Assembly: GCF_006345805.1 (NCBI RefSeq)
Contig: NW_021835995.1
Location: 1 to 64,000 of the forward strand
Direction: 5' to 3'
From: Octopus sinensis
Lineage: Eukaryota
DNA: 64,000 bases
This document shows positions 49,503 through 61,480 of the stretch, piece after piece (the first letter of the stretch is position 1; each line of letters opens with the position of its first letter). A program made the position numbers and the translations under genes. The notes beneath the pieces were generated by a model. That model searched no databases, was not told the DNA's origin, and saw nothing but the letters and a program-made list of their open reading frames with translations.

Positions 49503-49975
49503 CACTTAAGCCTTTCGTTTCCTTTGGAGGATAGGCTATCGACAATATTTCTCTTCATTGATCTCGACTTTGTGCTGCCATTCCTCTCCCAAGTCTTATT
49601 GGTTTTGTATTGTTATCGACGCTTCTCTAACTTCGCATTTTTCTATGTAAGGGTGTTGATCCTACGCAAACCCATTCCTACCTCTAGGAAGAGGTGGTCC
49701 AAATTAATGTGGCCTCTATATTTTGACTCGCTCAATATGGATGGTCCTACCTGAAGCATGCGCTCTACTGGCATAGCTCTTAAAGTCATTAAGGCACGCA
49801 AGCCAATACGCCACAACAAAGAGTGAACCTTGCAGTAGTACAGCAAATGCCAGTTACTGGCCCGTGTATACAGAATTCGATGAAAGTGAAAACCTCATCT
49901 ACTCTTCGTAAGGAAATGCTTCGAGTGCAAGGGGAGTGTGGGATTTTAACCCTCACAAAAGAAAATCCGGTTTGA
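49503..49975 (-). mobile_element. Internally deleted RTE-clade retroelement (5' UTR joined to 3' end)
   Basis: Minus strand 3' end ..GATAGCCTATCCTCCAAAGGAAACGAAAGGCTTAAGTGAGT is RTE-like; 5' region has an HDV-like remnant. Confidence 0.6.
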
Positions 49976-50024
49976 TAGAAGTGACATTTAATTAATAATA
50001 AGAACCCATTGAATGTTTCTATTA

Positions 50025-50180
50025 GGCAGCGTACTAACAGAACCGTTTGACAGTGCTTAGAGGCATTTCTTCCAAATCTTTAAGTTCTGAGGTCAAACCC
50101 CACCGCGGTCAACTTAGCCTTTCGTCCTTCTGAGATCGATAAAATTGAGTATCAACCAGGTACTGGAGTCAATTGCTGAT
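50025..50180 (+). mobile_element. SINE family A, diverged
   Basis: GTTCTGAGGTCAAACCCCACCGCGGTCAAC..GATAAAATTGAGT. Confidence 0.7.
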
Positions 50181-50802
50181 CATTAACTCTGCAACGGACT
50201 ATTCAAGGGAAATGTTGTGATCGCGATCACTTATATGCCATGGTGACCGCGTAACCGATCTTATAAGTCCTTAGACTAAAAACAAATTTAGTAAATGTGG
50301 CCACAATAGGGTGGCATAAGCGGGCGATTTGTGTGCTATTTCTTTCCAGTTGAGTCACCATATAAAGGGCATATCGTTGTAACTTTATATCTACAGTGTG
50401 TAGTGTGATGTGGTATGCATATTCAGATTGTTTGTTCCAAATTTTTATCATATTGGCTATTTCTTATTCGTTATCTGCTGTTTTCTACACAGAAAATAAA
50501 ACAACGCTTACAAATAATAAGTGGCAAGGAATTTTTTAATGTCCTATGTTTGTAGCGGTTGAGAGAAAGCTATATAACATAGTTTAGGATCTTATCTTTC
50601 TACATTAATTAGTGATTTAGATTCAATAAGGAATGGAAACACACCCTTGAAATTTATTCTTCAAAAAATTCCATTTCTCGTAAACAGACGTTTTAGAGTT
50701 AATTCATATCTTTTGTAAAAAAATAACAATTTACTGTTTCATACCAAATATAGAATAAATGTACATACAACAACGCACACAGATTTACATTATATATATA
50801 TT

Positions 50803-50848
<46 letters not shown>

Positions 50849-50936
50849 ATGTCTATGTATATATCTATCTATCTATACACACACACACCCAATATATATA
50901 TATATACACCACACACACCCACACACACACCACACC

Positions 50937-50967
<31 letters not shown>

Positions 50968-51250
50968 GAATATGTAAATATATATGTGACTGTGTGGTAA
51001 TGGTTCCGGGTTCAGTCCCCTGCATGGCACCTTGAGCAAGTGTCTCGTACTTTAGCCTACGGCCGACTAAAACCTTGTCTCCCTCAATCTCCTTCTGATC
51101 ACTGTTGTCTTCTTACAAAAGAATACTAGATACACTGCTAGAATTATAAACAAGATGGTCACAAAGCAACGTCTTCAACCATATGTCTCCGTGGCTAAAA
51201 ATAGTTGCAGCAATACCTATGAGCATTTTACGATATATAGGTATGTGTGT

Positions 51251-51375
51251 GAAGGTGCGTTGCCTAGTGGTTAGGGCGTTGCATTCACGATCACTAGATC
51301 GCTGGTTCGACTCTCCAGACTAGGCAGCACGTTATGATCTTGAGCAAAGCATTTCATTTCACTTGCTCAGCAGTA
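51251..51375 (+). mobile_element. tRNA-headed SINE head fragment
   Basis: GCCTAGTGGTTAGGGCG..GGTTCGACTC..CTTGAGCAA. Confidence 0.65.
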
Positions 51376-51409
51376 AATATCCTCCTGAACCTACAAAAGA
51401 GATGAGTAG

Positions 51410-52130
51410 TACCAAATTACCATTCCTAGATAGAATGGCAATAAAAAGTACACCACCATTACCACAGATATATATCAAAAACACACGGACGCACATCAAT
51501 ACCTGAATTGTAAGTCATGCTATCCACCACATACAAAACGCAACATTCCATACTTTGTACTCTACTTATAGAAAATGGCATACAGCGAGCTATAAAAATA
51601 CCCATACAACAACTGAGAACAACCGAAAGAAGAGGATAACTGGAACAGGTCATACCATTTATAGTGACACACAACCCAACCATTGCTCAAATGAATTAAA
51701 AGACATAATCACAGATCGAACTATGGTTCTTAGTAAAACTTGAAAAAAATTGTTAAAAGGCAAAGTTTGACCTTAGCAAAAGAAGACCAGTCATTCACTG
51801 TATCTAAATGCAGTGATAGACGATGTGGCACACGTGCCAATTCATTCATACCAGCCAATATAGGAACACAAGAGCAGGGAAAATATTCAAAAGCAAATAT
51901 TTAATTTACTGCATCAAATATTCACAAAAATAAAAATTTTACTTACTGCACCAAATGCCTAAATTGTGAAGAACTTTATATGGACAGACTGAAAATGCAC
52001 TATCAGAACGTTCACGTGTGCACTGACACAAATTAGAGACCCAGATGTCCGTCAGATACCTTTGAGTAACCAGCTAGCTAAATGCAGACGAAAATATATT
52101 TTCATTCTACAAACTATACAGTTCAAGTGA
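51410..52130 (+). pseudogene. Degraded Penelope-like ORF (RT thumb, linker, GIY-YIG endonuclease)
   Basis: LPFLD, TDIYQKHTDAHQYLNCKSCYPPHTKRNIPY, KCSDRRCGT, LIYCIK..CLNCEELY(I)GQTENAL, QIRDP..RQIPLSN. Confidence 0.8.
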
Positions 52131-52677
52131 AATTGAAAGAAAAATCAGAGAAAAGAACTTTATTAATAAATACCAAACCAAGCTAAATAAACAATAATAA
52201 TAATACTTAGAGGTACTCTTTCTACTGCTGCGACCACTAACAACACTAAAGGTGCTCATTATGATGATAGAATGAAAATACCAGCTAAAAGTCAGTAAAA
52301 ATAATCTTATTTTCAAGTTTAAAGTTCTATTACCACAGCTACTCCTACCGCCACCACCGCCACCAACAGCGACAACAATAATAAAGGAGATGATAATGAT
52401 GATGGCGATAACTGAAATATAAAAATCCCTGGGAAATAATATTTACAACATTTCTAAAAATAGACCAACAATTACTACTTTGGCCAGGGTCAAAACACAG
52501 GTCTCTTGACATGTTCAACAAACCGTGACGCCTAAACCAAACAATCAAATTAAATAAATTAGTAAAATCACACACTGATTGGTTAGAATACAGTTTGCTA
52601 AATTTAACATTCTGGGACACAGCTTATCCACTGACTACAGACAGAAATTGCAAAACATAACTGTCACCACGACTACA

Positions 52678-52722
52678 TGGACCTGAAGATTGCATAGTTT
52701 AATGCATGAAAGTACTAGTTCA
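52678..52722 (+). ncRNA. Minimal type-I hammerhead motif at Penelope 3' end
   Basis: Stem I TGGAC/GTTCA, core CTGAAGA 52683-52689, stem II TGCAT/ATGCA with U-U at base, GAAA 52708-52711, palindromic stem III AGTACT, CUA triplet. Confidence 0.65.
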
Positions 52723-52835
52723 ATCAGAATGGGCATTTAATATTCTATCATTTCGTTATATTCTCGTATCTAATATTACATCACTATAAGATTGTGAATA
52801 AAACGTAAAAATCAAAGTTGGAATTTCTTTGAGTA

Positions 52836-52881
<46 letters not shown>

Positions 52882-52894
52882 TGTGTGTGTGTAT

Positions 52895-55144
52895 GTATGC
52901 CATTTGGAGCAATCAGAAAGGATCTGTCTTTCATCGACTGGTCTTTTACTCTCAATTCCACCCATATTGAGACCGCACGGCAGCACTTTGAGAACATTGT
53001 CCACCTATACATGCTCTAAACATGCTCCCACGAAATCTACTAACACAAACAGAAACCGGCTCCCTAAAAAGAAAAAAACACTCATCAGGTGCATCAAAAG
53101 ACTCAATAAAAAAAATCAACCAATTAAAATATTCCCACATACAACATCCACATTCAATAACAATGAAAAGGCTAGAGCTGGAAAAACTTCATCTGCAGAC
53201 CGACATGAAAACCTCCATTGAAAATCAAAGAGCTGTGGAGAAACAGTGGGTAATCAAAAACATCAAACACAACCCAAAAGTGTTCTATTCTTATGCAAAT
53301 AAGCATAGAACCACTGTCTCACCCATTGGGCCATTGATTGATGATAACGGCATTCCCCAACGCGATGCTAAAGAAATGGCAGAAATACTGCAGAAACAAT
53401 ACTGCTCTGTCGTTAGTGTTCCCACTGTATTTGACGTAAGAGAAGCGAACGAAATCTCAGACATAACCTTCACTGCCACTGACATCATAGCAGCAATAAA
53501 TGAGGTCAAATATTATTCTGCTGTAGGCCCTGATAGATTCCCCGCTAGTCTCCTGAAGGAATGTAGACACCAACTTGCAGTCCCTCTGACCAACCTCTGG
53601 AGAAATTCGTTAGACTCAGGTTATGTACCGAAACAGCTTCTATCCCAGTCAGTCATCCCAGTTTTCAAACAGGCAAACAGATCCCTCGCAGTCAACTATC
53701 GCCCAATCTCACTCACCTCCCACATCATTAAAGTGTTTGAAAGAGTGTTAAGATCAAGGATAGCTGACTTCCTGGAGACCCACACACTCCTAAATGCAAA
53801 TCAGCATGGCTTTCGCTGTGGCAGGGACTGTCTAACACAGCTCTTACTCCACATTGAAGATATACTCAAAGCCTTGGGAACAGGTTCGAACTCTGATGTC
53901 ATATATCTTGACTTCAGTAAAGCGTTCGACAGGGTTGACCATAATATCCTACTCTCAAAATTGGCAAATGTTGGAATCCGTGGAAAACTTCTACACTGGA
54001 TTAAGTATTTCCTGGCGAATAGAACACAACATGTAGTTGATGGAGTCCACTCAAGCCCAGCAAAAGTCACCAGCGGTGTCCCCCAGGGGACTGTCTTGGG
54101 CCCGCTACTCTTTATAATTTACATAAACGACCTTTCCAGTGTCGTACATTACTGCAAAGTGAAAATATTTGCTGATGACACTAAGCTCCAGCAAATCATC
54201 AATGAAGAAGCAGACCGAACTCAACTCCAGTCTGATCTATATGCTGTGAGTCAATGGGCAGACAGAAACAAAATGCAACTGAACGAGGGAAAATTTGAGC
54301 TGATGCATTTTGGAAGAAATTCCTCACTAAAACAGCCATACTCTCTTCTTCAGGGGAACCGCTCACAGCCTCTAACAATATCAGAAACCTGGGTTAATTG
54401 TTGATGACGATCTCAGTTGGAGTGCACACATCAACAATAAGGTCGATATAGCTCGTAGGATGAGTTCCTGGATCTTAAGAACTTTCCGGTCCAGAGAACA
54501 AGGTGTCATCATACCACTTTTCTTTTCCTTTGTACGGCTACACCTTGAAAAACTGCTGCCCACTGTGGTCTCCCCATACAAGACAAAACATCTCGAGGAT
54601 TGAATCACCCCAGAGAGCACTCCCTAAACGAATTGAAGACATGGCTGCTCTCGATTATTGGGACCGCCTTAAAGCCTGAAACTCTACTCTCTCCAGCGTC
54701 GCCGTGAGCGGTACGTCATTTGTACGATGTGGAGAATATACCGCTAACTTTGCCCAAACGACCTGAACATTAGCTTCAAGGTTCATCCAAGACTGGGACC
54801 ACGGGCCATACGTCCCCTGCCCAATTCAAGATCACAGCATACATGTACACTGCAACATAATTTCTTTTTCTCACAGGCCCTGTTCTATTTAACATTGTCC
54901 CGAAAGAGATCAAAGAGGAAAAGGATCCCATCAACTTTAAACGGAGTCTGGATAGATTCCTGCAAGGAATACCAGATAAGCCACCCATAATTGGATACAA
55001 CTCACCCAACAAAAACTCACTACTTGAATGGACCATAAACAAAACTGATTTAAACAGGATTCAGATAATCCTATCAGGTGGTGCTATTAAGTTAGACATG
55101 GCCTGGACCAATCTTTGGTCGAAACATATCTAAGTTTTATCCAA

Positions 55145-55145
<1 letters not shown>
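52895..55145 (+). mobile_element. 5'-truncated CR1-group LINE
   Basis: Long RT ORF, broken downstream frame SWILRTFRSRE, YSLQRRRERY, RSLDRFLQGIPDKP; 3' UTR then (TA)n. Confidence 0.9.
53022..54404 (+). CDS. CR1-type reverse transcriptase (partial ORF2, 460 aa)
   Basis: NPKVFYSYAN, NYRPISLTSHIIKVFERV, NQHGFR, YLDFSKAFDRVDH, SGVPQGTVLGPLLFIIYIND, FADDTK. Confidence 0.95.
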   Translation: MLPRNLLTQTETGSLKRKKHSSGASKDSIKKINQLKYSHIQHPHSITMKRLELEKLHLQTDMKTSIENQRAVEKQWVIKNIKHNPKVFYSYANKHRTTVSPIGPLIDDNGIPQRDAKEMAEILQKQYCSVVSVPTVFDVREANEISDITFTATDIIAAINEVKYYSAVGPDRFPASLLKECRHQLAVPLTNLWRNSLDSGYVPKQLLSQSVIPVFKQANRSLAVNYRPISLTSHIIKVFERVLRSRIADFLETHTLLNANQHGFRCGRDCLTQLLLHIEDILKALGTGSNSDVIYLDFSKAFDRVDHNILLSKLANVGIRGKLLHWIKYFLANRTQHVVDGVHSSPAKVTSGVPQGTVLGPLLFIIYINDLSSVVHYCKVKIFADDTKLQQIINEEADRTQLQSDLYAVSQWADRNKMQLNEGKFELMHFGRNSSLKQPYSLLQGNRSQPLTISETWVNC

Positions 55146-55193
<48 letters not shown>

Positions 55194-55197
55194 ATAT

Positions 55198-55555
55198 ATT
55201 CTTTCATTTGTTTCAGTCATTTGACTGCGGCCATGTTGGAGCACCGCCTTTTGTCGAACAAACCGACTCCAGGGCTTATTCTTTATAAACCTAGTACCTA
55301 CTCTGTCGGTCACTTTTGCCGAACCACTAACTTACGGAGAGTAAACACACCCCATCGGTTGTCAAGAGATGGTGGGGGGACAAACACAGACACACAAACA
55401 TATATGACGGGCTTCTTTCAGTTTCCGTCTACGAAATCCACTCACACTGCTTTGGTCGGCCTGAAGTTATAGTAGAAGACACTTGCCCAAGGTACCACAC
55501 AGTGGGACTGAACACGGGACCATGTGGTTAGTAAGCAATATACTTACCACACAGT
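55198..55555 (-). mobile_element. SINE family B
   Basis: Reverse complement of family B, tail to head. Confidence 0.9.
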
Positions 55556-55929
55556 AATCTACTTACCACAGAGACTCAGCGCTTTCAGATATTGTCGGTA
55601 AATAAAACTTTTAACCGAAGGTATTTTACCAGTGAACGTTCCTTGTAACCCTTCAATTTCTTCTATGAGACCGGATGATTTAGAAGATTAATATTGTAAG
55701 CCGTAATATAAACTGCTCAGAACTAGGGTTTTCCCTAAATATGAAACTAACTACCGGTTCCCTTGTCATGAATGTTCGTAGGATGCAGCCTATGAGTTTG
55801 CTGCATTTAAAGAAGTCGTTAGTGCCCTGAATCATTATGTTACCGTGTGTCAAATATTGCGATTTGGGTGAATTCGTTTGTAATGTAGAAGCTGAAATTT
55901 TGAAGTACTAATTTTCACATTTTTCCTAG

Positions 55930-55980
55930 CCATCGATATTTTTGTGTAGCTCGTTCCCTGATGTATACGACGTATTACAG
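55930..55980 (+). CDS. Candidate 51-nt exon
   Basis: Acceptor ttttcacatttttcctag, donor CAG|gtaact; open in two frames (PSIFLCSSFPDVYDVLQ or HRYFCVARSLMYTTYY). Confidence 0.45.
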
Positions 55981-56034
55981 GTAACTTAGAGAGAAATCTA
56001 TTTGCAGTACTATTATGACATTCTCTCTTCTCGC

Positions 56035-56190
56035 TTCTTCTTCTTCTTCTTCTTCTTCTTCTTCTTCTTCTTCTTCTTCTTCTTCTTCTCTTCTTCTTCT
56101 TCTTCTTCTTCTTCTTCTTCTTCTTCTTCTTCTTCTTCTTCTTCTTCTTCTTCTTCTTCTCTTCTTCTTCTTCTTCTTCTCTTCTTCTTC
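56035..56190. repeat. (CTT)n microsatellite
   Basis: Direct reading. Confidence 0.95.
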
Positions 56191-56280
56191 TCACCTTCGT
56201 TAAGGAATCTCTTCGTATAATCAGTTCCTTCTTTTGTACTTTTCCTTCCTGAAACCGGTACTGAACTGTTTTTATGTAAA

Positions 56281-56311
<31 letters not shown>

Positions 56312-56393
56312 ATCCTCTAAGTTCGTTTGCGGGAAACGTTTTGAATATGCATATAAAAGCTCCTATTTATTGCATTATGCCTGATACCAACAG

Positions 56394-56440
56394 GCAAAAG
56401 CGGTATTTTACGGTCGCACCCCGAGGTGCGCCGATATAAG
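56394..56440 (+). CDS. Candidate 47-nt exon
   Basis: caacag acceptor, AAG|gtggga donor, AKAVFYGRTPRCADI if phase 0. Confidence 0.3.
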
Positions 56441-56838
56441 GTGGGATAAATATAGTAATAATGATAATAATCCATGGTCGGAATTTTAAAATATTTTAAC
56501 TCTTCGCTACGCGCGTTTCCACCATCACATATTTCTTAAGATCATCGTCCATACTCCTGAGATGATTATAATACAGTCCATAGTATCCGTGGACATCGGG
56601 CGAATCATATTCATGCATTCATTTCTTCGGCGCGATATCTGCGTGTGTACCGTTGGCGATTTTTTTTTCCTCCGTCTTCCCTTCTCTGGATCTTTCTTTT
56701 TCTTATGTTTCTGACGAAGAGCTCCGCTCGAAACGTAAAACCCTCCTTCTTCCCTTCCTTCCTGAGCGTCCAATAATACTATATTTGTTCCACGTCCTCG
56801 CGTTGTTGCGTTTTCTCTTTGTGTTTTCATGTTTGGAT

Positions 56839-56951
<113 letters not shown>

Positions 56952-58051
56952 GTATATGCGACGGGGGATTGATAAAATCGTTAGAGGTTCGTACAAAGGC
57001 AAATACTAATACGACAGGTTGTCAAAGGTTGTTACATAACTTAGTAGTGTTGCTGATGTTGTTGGTGGTGGTGGTGGGGGTTAGTGGTGGTGGGGGGGGG
57101 GTTTAGTGGTGGTGGTGGTGGTGGTGGTGGTGGTGGTGGTAGTGGGCACCCCGGTTACCTGAGGGTGTTACTTATCGGAAGGGGGGCGCTAAGAGTGGAT
57201 GTTCAAGAAAAATTCTGAAAATGCGAAGTAAATAACTAATTAAACAGCTGATCAAACAAATGATTAACGAAATGAATAATTAATAATTAACGTAAGTAGG
57301 CCAAGTAAATTAATAATAAAGGAGAAAATATTTAGTTGTACAAATAATTATTATATGCGTTGTAATTGTGTGTAATAGTTTAATTAATAACTGTTTCAAA
57401 TTTTGGCACACGGCCAGCAATTATGTATTATGTATGCAGCTGATGGCTTCAATGGCAAGTCTCAAAGATTTTAGAGTAAATATATAGACGAATCGGGTGT
57501 TTTTGTGGTTACATCCCCGTCTGTTCACAGAACGAGCAAACATACTTGAAATATCAAAGATAAGCGTAATGGGAAAATTATGCCTTTTAGATGTGTAAAT
57601 GTAAAATCAGGGGCGGATCCGTTCAGCAGGTTTTGGACCAGCAGTGTTTATGTTCTGGGATCAAATGTGGCTGATGTTTACATAACTTTCTTGTTGTTAA
57701 TAAAACGGTCTACATGTAAGTTCCTGTAAGTTTAAAACTTCAAAATGATCTACCTGTGAGTTTGAAACTTCGAGAATGTATTCTGTGGATTCAAATGAAA
57801 TTAAATGAGACAATAACTACAGTGTATTTGATGCCATAAAGGACGCACCCCAATTTCAGCAGCGCACATTCAGGTTTAAAATGTTTTTAGAGCACTAAAG
57901 TATGTAATATAGGCCCAACTTTCCATTTAGGGCCCGGAAGATTTTTTTTTTTTTTTGAAAAATAGTGTGTCTTATGTGGCTTCAAATGCGGTAAGTCCAG
58001 AAAAAATCCTGTGTTCGGGTGTATGCTCGTGGGCTGTAGGAAACCAATGTG

Positions 58052-58335
58052 AAGGCGCGTGGTTTAGTGGTTAGGGATATTCGGTTCGCTATCGTAAGGT
58101 TGTGGGTTCGATTCCTAATGACGCATTGCGTCCTTGAGCAAGACACTTAATTCTTGTTACTCCAGTTCACTCAGTTGACAAATATGAGTTATACCTGTAA
58201 TTCAAAAGGGGCCAGCGTTGTCACATTCTGTGTCATGCTGGATCTCACTTTAAGGTTACGCGTGTCTGTGGAGTACTCAGCCACTTGCATGTTAATTTCA
58301 TGAGCAGTTTGTTCTGTTCATCAGATCAACTGGAA
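58052..58335 (+). mobile_element. tRNA-headed CORE-like SINE family D
   Basis: GGCGCGTGGTTTAGTGGTTAGG..GGTTCGATTCC..GTCCTTGAGCAAGACACTT; tail GTGGAGTACTCAGCCACTT..GATCAACTGGAACCC. Confidence 0.8.
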
Positions 58336-58509
58336 CCCGCTAAGTTTATGCGGACGTAAACGCACCAATACCGGATATAAAACGGTGATGGGGAGACAAG
58401 CACAAACGCAAAGACACATACCCCACACACACACACACACACATACATACATACATACATACATACATACATACATACATACATACATACATACATACAT
58501 ACATACACA

Positions 58510-58665
58510 CATATACGATGGGCTTCTTTCAGTTTCCGTCTACTAAATCCATTCTCAAGGATTTGATCGGCCCAAGGCTATAGTGGAAGACACTTGCCCA
58601 AGTTACCCCGCACTGGGGCTGAACCCGGATCCCTGAGGTTGGGAAGCAAGTTTTTTACCACACAT
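58510..58665 (-). mobile_element. SINE family B head half
   Basis: CGATGGGCTTCTTTCAGTTTCCGTC..GACACTTGCCCAAG. Confidence 0.8.
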
Positions 58666-59944
58666 GCATAATGATGAATTCTCGTCTCAGAAAGTCAAAC
58701 AATTTATGAGCGCGCGCGTGTGCGTGTGTGCTTGGTTATATTAATGTGTGTATGTATGTGTGCGCGTGCATTTTTGTGTGCATGTGTATGTGTGTGTACA
58801 TATATATACATGCATATAGAGAGAGTAAGAGAGAAAGAGAGAGAAGTAAATATGTAAAGACAGACAAATAGATATATACACAGACAATAACACAAAAAAT
58901 CGATAAATGCACGTTCATTCAAATCCATTTATCATTCATATTTATGTTCATATATCAACACGTATAAAGTAGCAGACCAGTAAGTGAATGCATGTGTGTG
59001 TGTGTGTGTGTAAAACTAATGAATGTGTGTAAATATGTAAATATTCCACATGTGCGTGTGTATTTATAAGCAGACAATTGTGGGCAGTGTGTGGAAAGAC
59101 GTCTTTATATCACTTATCGACATGAGATGTTTAATGTGGCTACTTCACGCATTTCCCTTCCTCATCTCACACATACATGTTGATTGTTACATGTTCACAG
59201 ACGATTGCCGTTTCTTTGTGCTTTCCCATCGTCAACGGCATTTCTGACTTTCCGTCTATGACTTCTTAGATGATTATTCAACCCTCCTACAGATCTGCAT
59301 AACTGTGCGCTTACAACTTGGTAGGTCAGTATGCGTCGCCTTACTTCCATCGTCACAAGACTTTCAGTAGACGGAATGACAAGGGAGATCAGCATAAAAG
59401 AACATCTCTACGTCATTGCATTATAAGTACAACACGAGTGCCATTCTCTACGTCCGTGATTAGTAACTAGTGACAGACCGAAGCGAGATGACCAATAATC
59501 GGTGAAACCTCTGCTTTTACATTAAAGTGTCCCTCTTCTATAAGGATTCTGTGACGTCAGTAGGGGGTCCTCTGAGCCGTTAGTTTTAATTAGATGTCTA
59601 TTGACTCTCCTGACCTCATCTACCATTTGGCTTTTATAGCGGCAGCAGTCCCAAAAATATCCAACTCACCAAGCATGTTTAGCTTTATTAGCGTTTTAGG
59701 CACCAAGACGTATTGGGTTACATTTTACCTGTAGCACTCAAGAGCGACCTGACATAGACGTACATTCGTGCACATATACATATGTACAAGGCACATACAT
59801 AAATAAATGCGAGTGTGAGAGTATGTATCAGTGTTGTTCTATTTTTACGTGTATATATATATAAGGATAGGATCGTTAATTTAAAATAAAACGATTTTAT
59901 CAAGTGGTCAGCATGGAAAAATAACCTTCAGAGGTAATAATTAT

Positions 59945-60197
59945 TAAAATTATAAATTAGGGTATCTACGAGATACCACCGTACTGAAAATAGCAGCCAT
60001 GATCTGGCTTTAAAACCACCCAAATTGTCCATATATCAACACGGAGAGAAAACAAAGAGACAATATGAAACTAGTAAAAAATTACAGGATAATTCTAGTT
60101 CTAGATCCGGATTTCTGACTTTGCATTTATGGAGTCAGATCATGTCTGCTATTTTCAGCATGGTGGTATCTCGTAGATACCTTAATTTATAATTTTA
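59945..60197. mobile_element. MITE-like element with ~65-bp TIRs
   Basis: TAAAATTATAAATTAGGGTATCTACGAGATACCACC.. / ..GGTGGTATCTCGTAGATACCTTAATTTATAATTTTA. Confidence 0.8.
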
Positions 60198-60210
60198 TAT
60201 ATGTATATAT

Positions 60211-60242
<32 letters not shown>

Positions 60243-60294
60243 ATATATAGTGGGGAAAACATTAGAAATCTATGCAAATCAAATTTTTTATTTA

Positions 60295-60654
60295 TAAAAG
60301 ATGGAGGTAGAAATAGCACGGAAGGTAAGTCTAAAACATTTCAATTTAAGAGGGAATTTAATAAAGATGATTTTTTAAATTATATGATGAAAATAATACC
60401 GGTTTTGATGAATCTCATTTTATCAAATATCAGTAAAAAATTTATAAGAAATTGTAGTAAAAACATGTTCTTAACCCCCAGAGAGAAAATAAACTGTTTT
60501 CAATTTTTTATAAATTTTTATTGGTATTTGATAAGATGAGATTCATCAAAACCAGTAATATTTTATTCATATAATTTTTTAAATCATTTTTTACTAAATT
60601 CCCTCTTGAAATAGTTTAGACTAACTTCTGAGCTATTTCCACCTCCATCTTTTA
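60295..60654. mobile_element. Fold-back MITE-like element with ~155-bp arms
   Basis: TAAAAGATGGAGGTAGAAATAGC.. / ..GCTATTTCCACCTCCATCTTTTA. Confidence 0.85.
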
Positions 60655-60666
60655 CGTACCTATCTG

Positions 60667-60700
<34 letters not shown>

Positions 60701-60892
60701 GGGGTGTGTGTGTGTGTATGCGTGTGTGTGTATTAGAGGGTGCGGTAACTATATTGTCGTCTAATGAAAATAACTCAGATATCTCATTTTACCAGGTATA
60801 TTTACCAAAATTGCGTAAAAATATCTTAAGATACTAAAGAGTAAATTTATTCAATAAAATAGCCATTGGCTTCAACCATGGCCTCCAGACAA

Positions 60893-60950
60893 CTTATCTA
60901 GATATGCAACTATGTGCATGAGAATACATGCATAAAACATACAAATCTAC
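60893..60950 (+). mobile_element. Solo 3' end of the (CATA)n-associated R4-like family
   Basis: TCTAGATATGCAACTATGTGCATGAGAATACATGCATAAAAC matches 63008-63050; followed by (ACAT)n. Confidence 0.7.
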
Positions 60951-61005
60951 ACATACATACATACATACATATCTACATTTTTTTTATTTATGCGCCCTTC
61001 TCAAG

Positions 61006-61297
61006 CCTAGCCGGGTTCATGGGCCCAGTTTCCCGGTTTCTGTGGCGTATGTGTCCCCCCCCCCAGCTGGACGGGACGCCAGTCCATCGCAGCGTTACTT
61101 AAGAAACAGGAAGAAAGAGTGAGAGAAAGTTGGGGCGAATGAGTACAACAGGGGTCGCCACCACCCCCTGCCGGAGCCTCGTGGAGCTTTAGGTGTTTGG
61201 GCTTAATAAACACACACAACGCCCGGTCTGGGAATCGAAACCGCGACCCTCCGACCACGAGTCCGCTGCCCTAACCACTGGGCCATTGCGCCTCCAC
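61006..61297 (-). mobile_element. SINE family C
   Basis: Head matches 20856; body matches 33037-33333. Confidence 0.85.
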
Positions 61298-61317
61298 ATA
61301 TCTACATACATACAAAC

Positions 61318-61423
61318 AAAAATACCCTGATATTGGAAATTCCAATGTAGGAGCCTTGTATCTGGGTTAGAAACCGGTTCTTTCTCCATTGGCAAGAAAT
61401 CTTAAAATAAACTGAATAATGAC
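61318..61423 (+). mobile_element. ~100-bp (CATA)n-flanked element, second copy
   Basis: Similar to 22772-22874. Confidence 0.7.
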
Positions 61424-61480
61424 ATACATACATACATACATACATACATACATACATACATACATACATACATACATACA

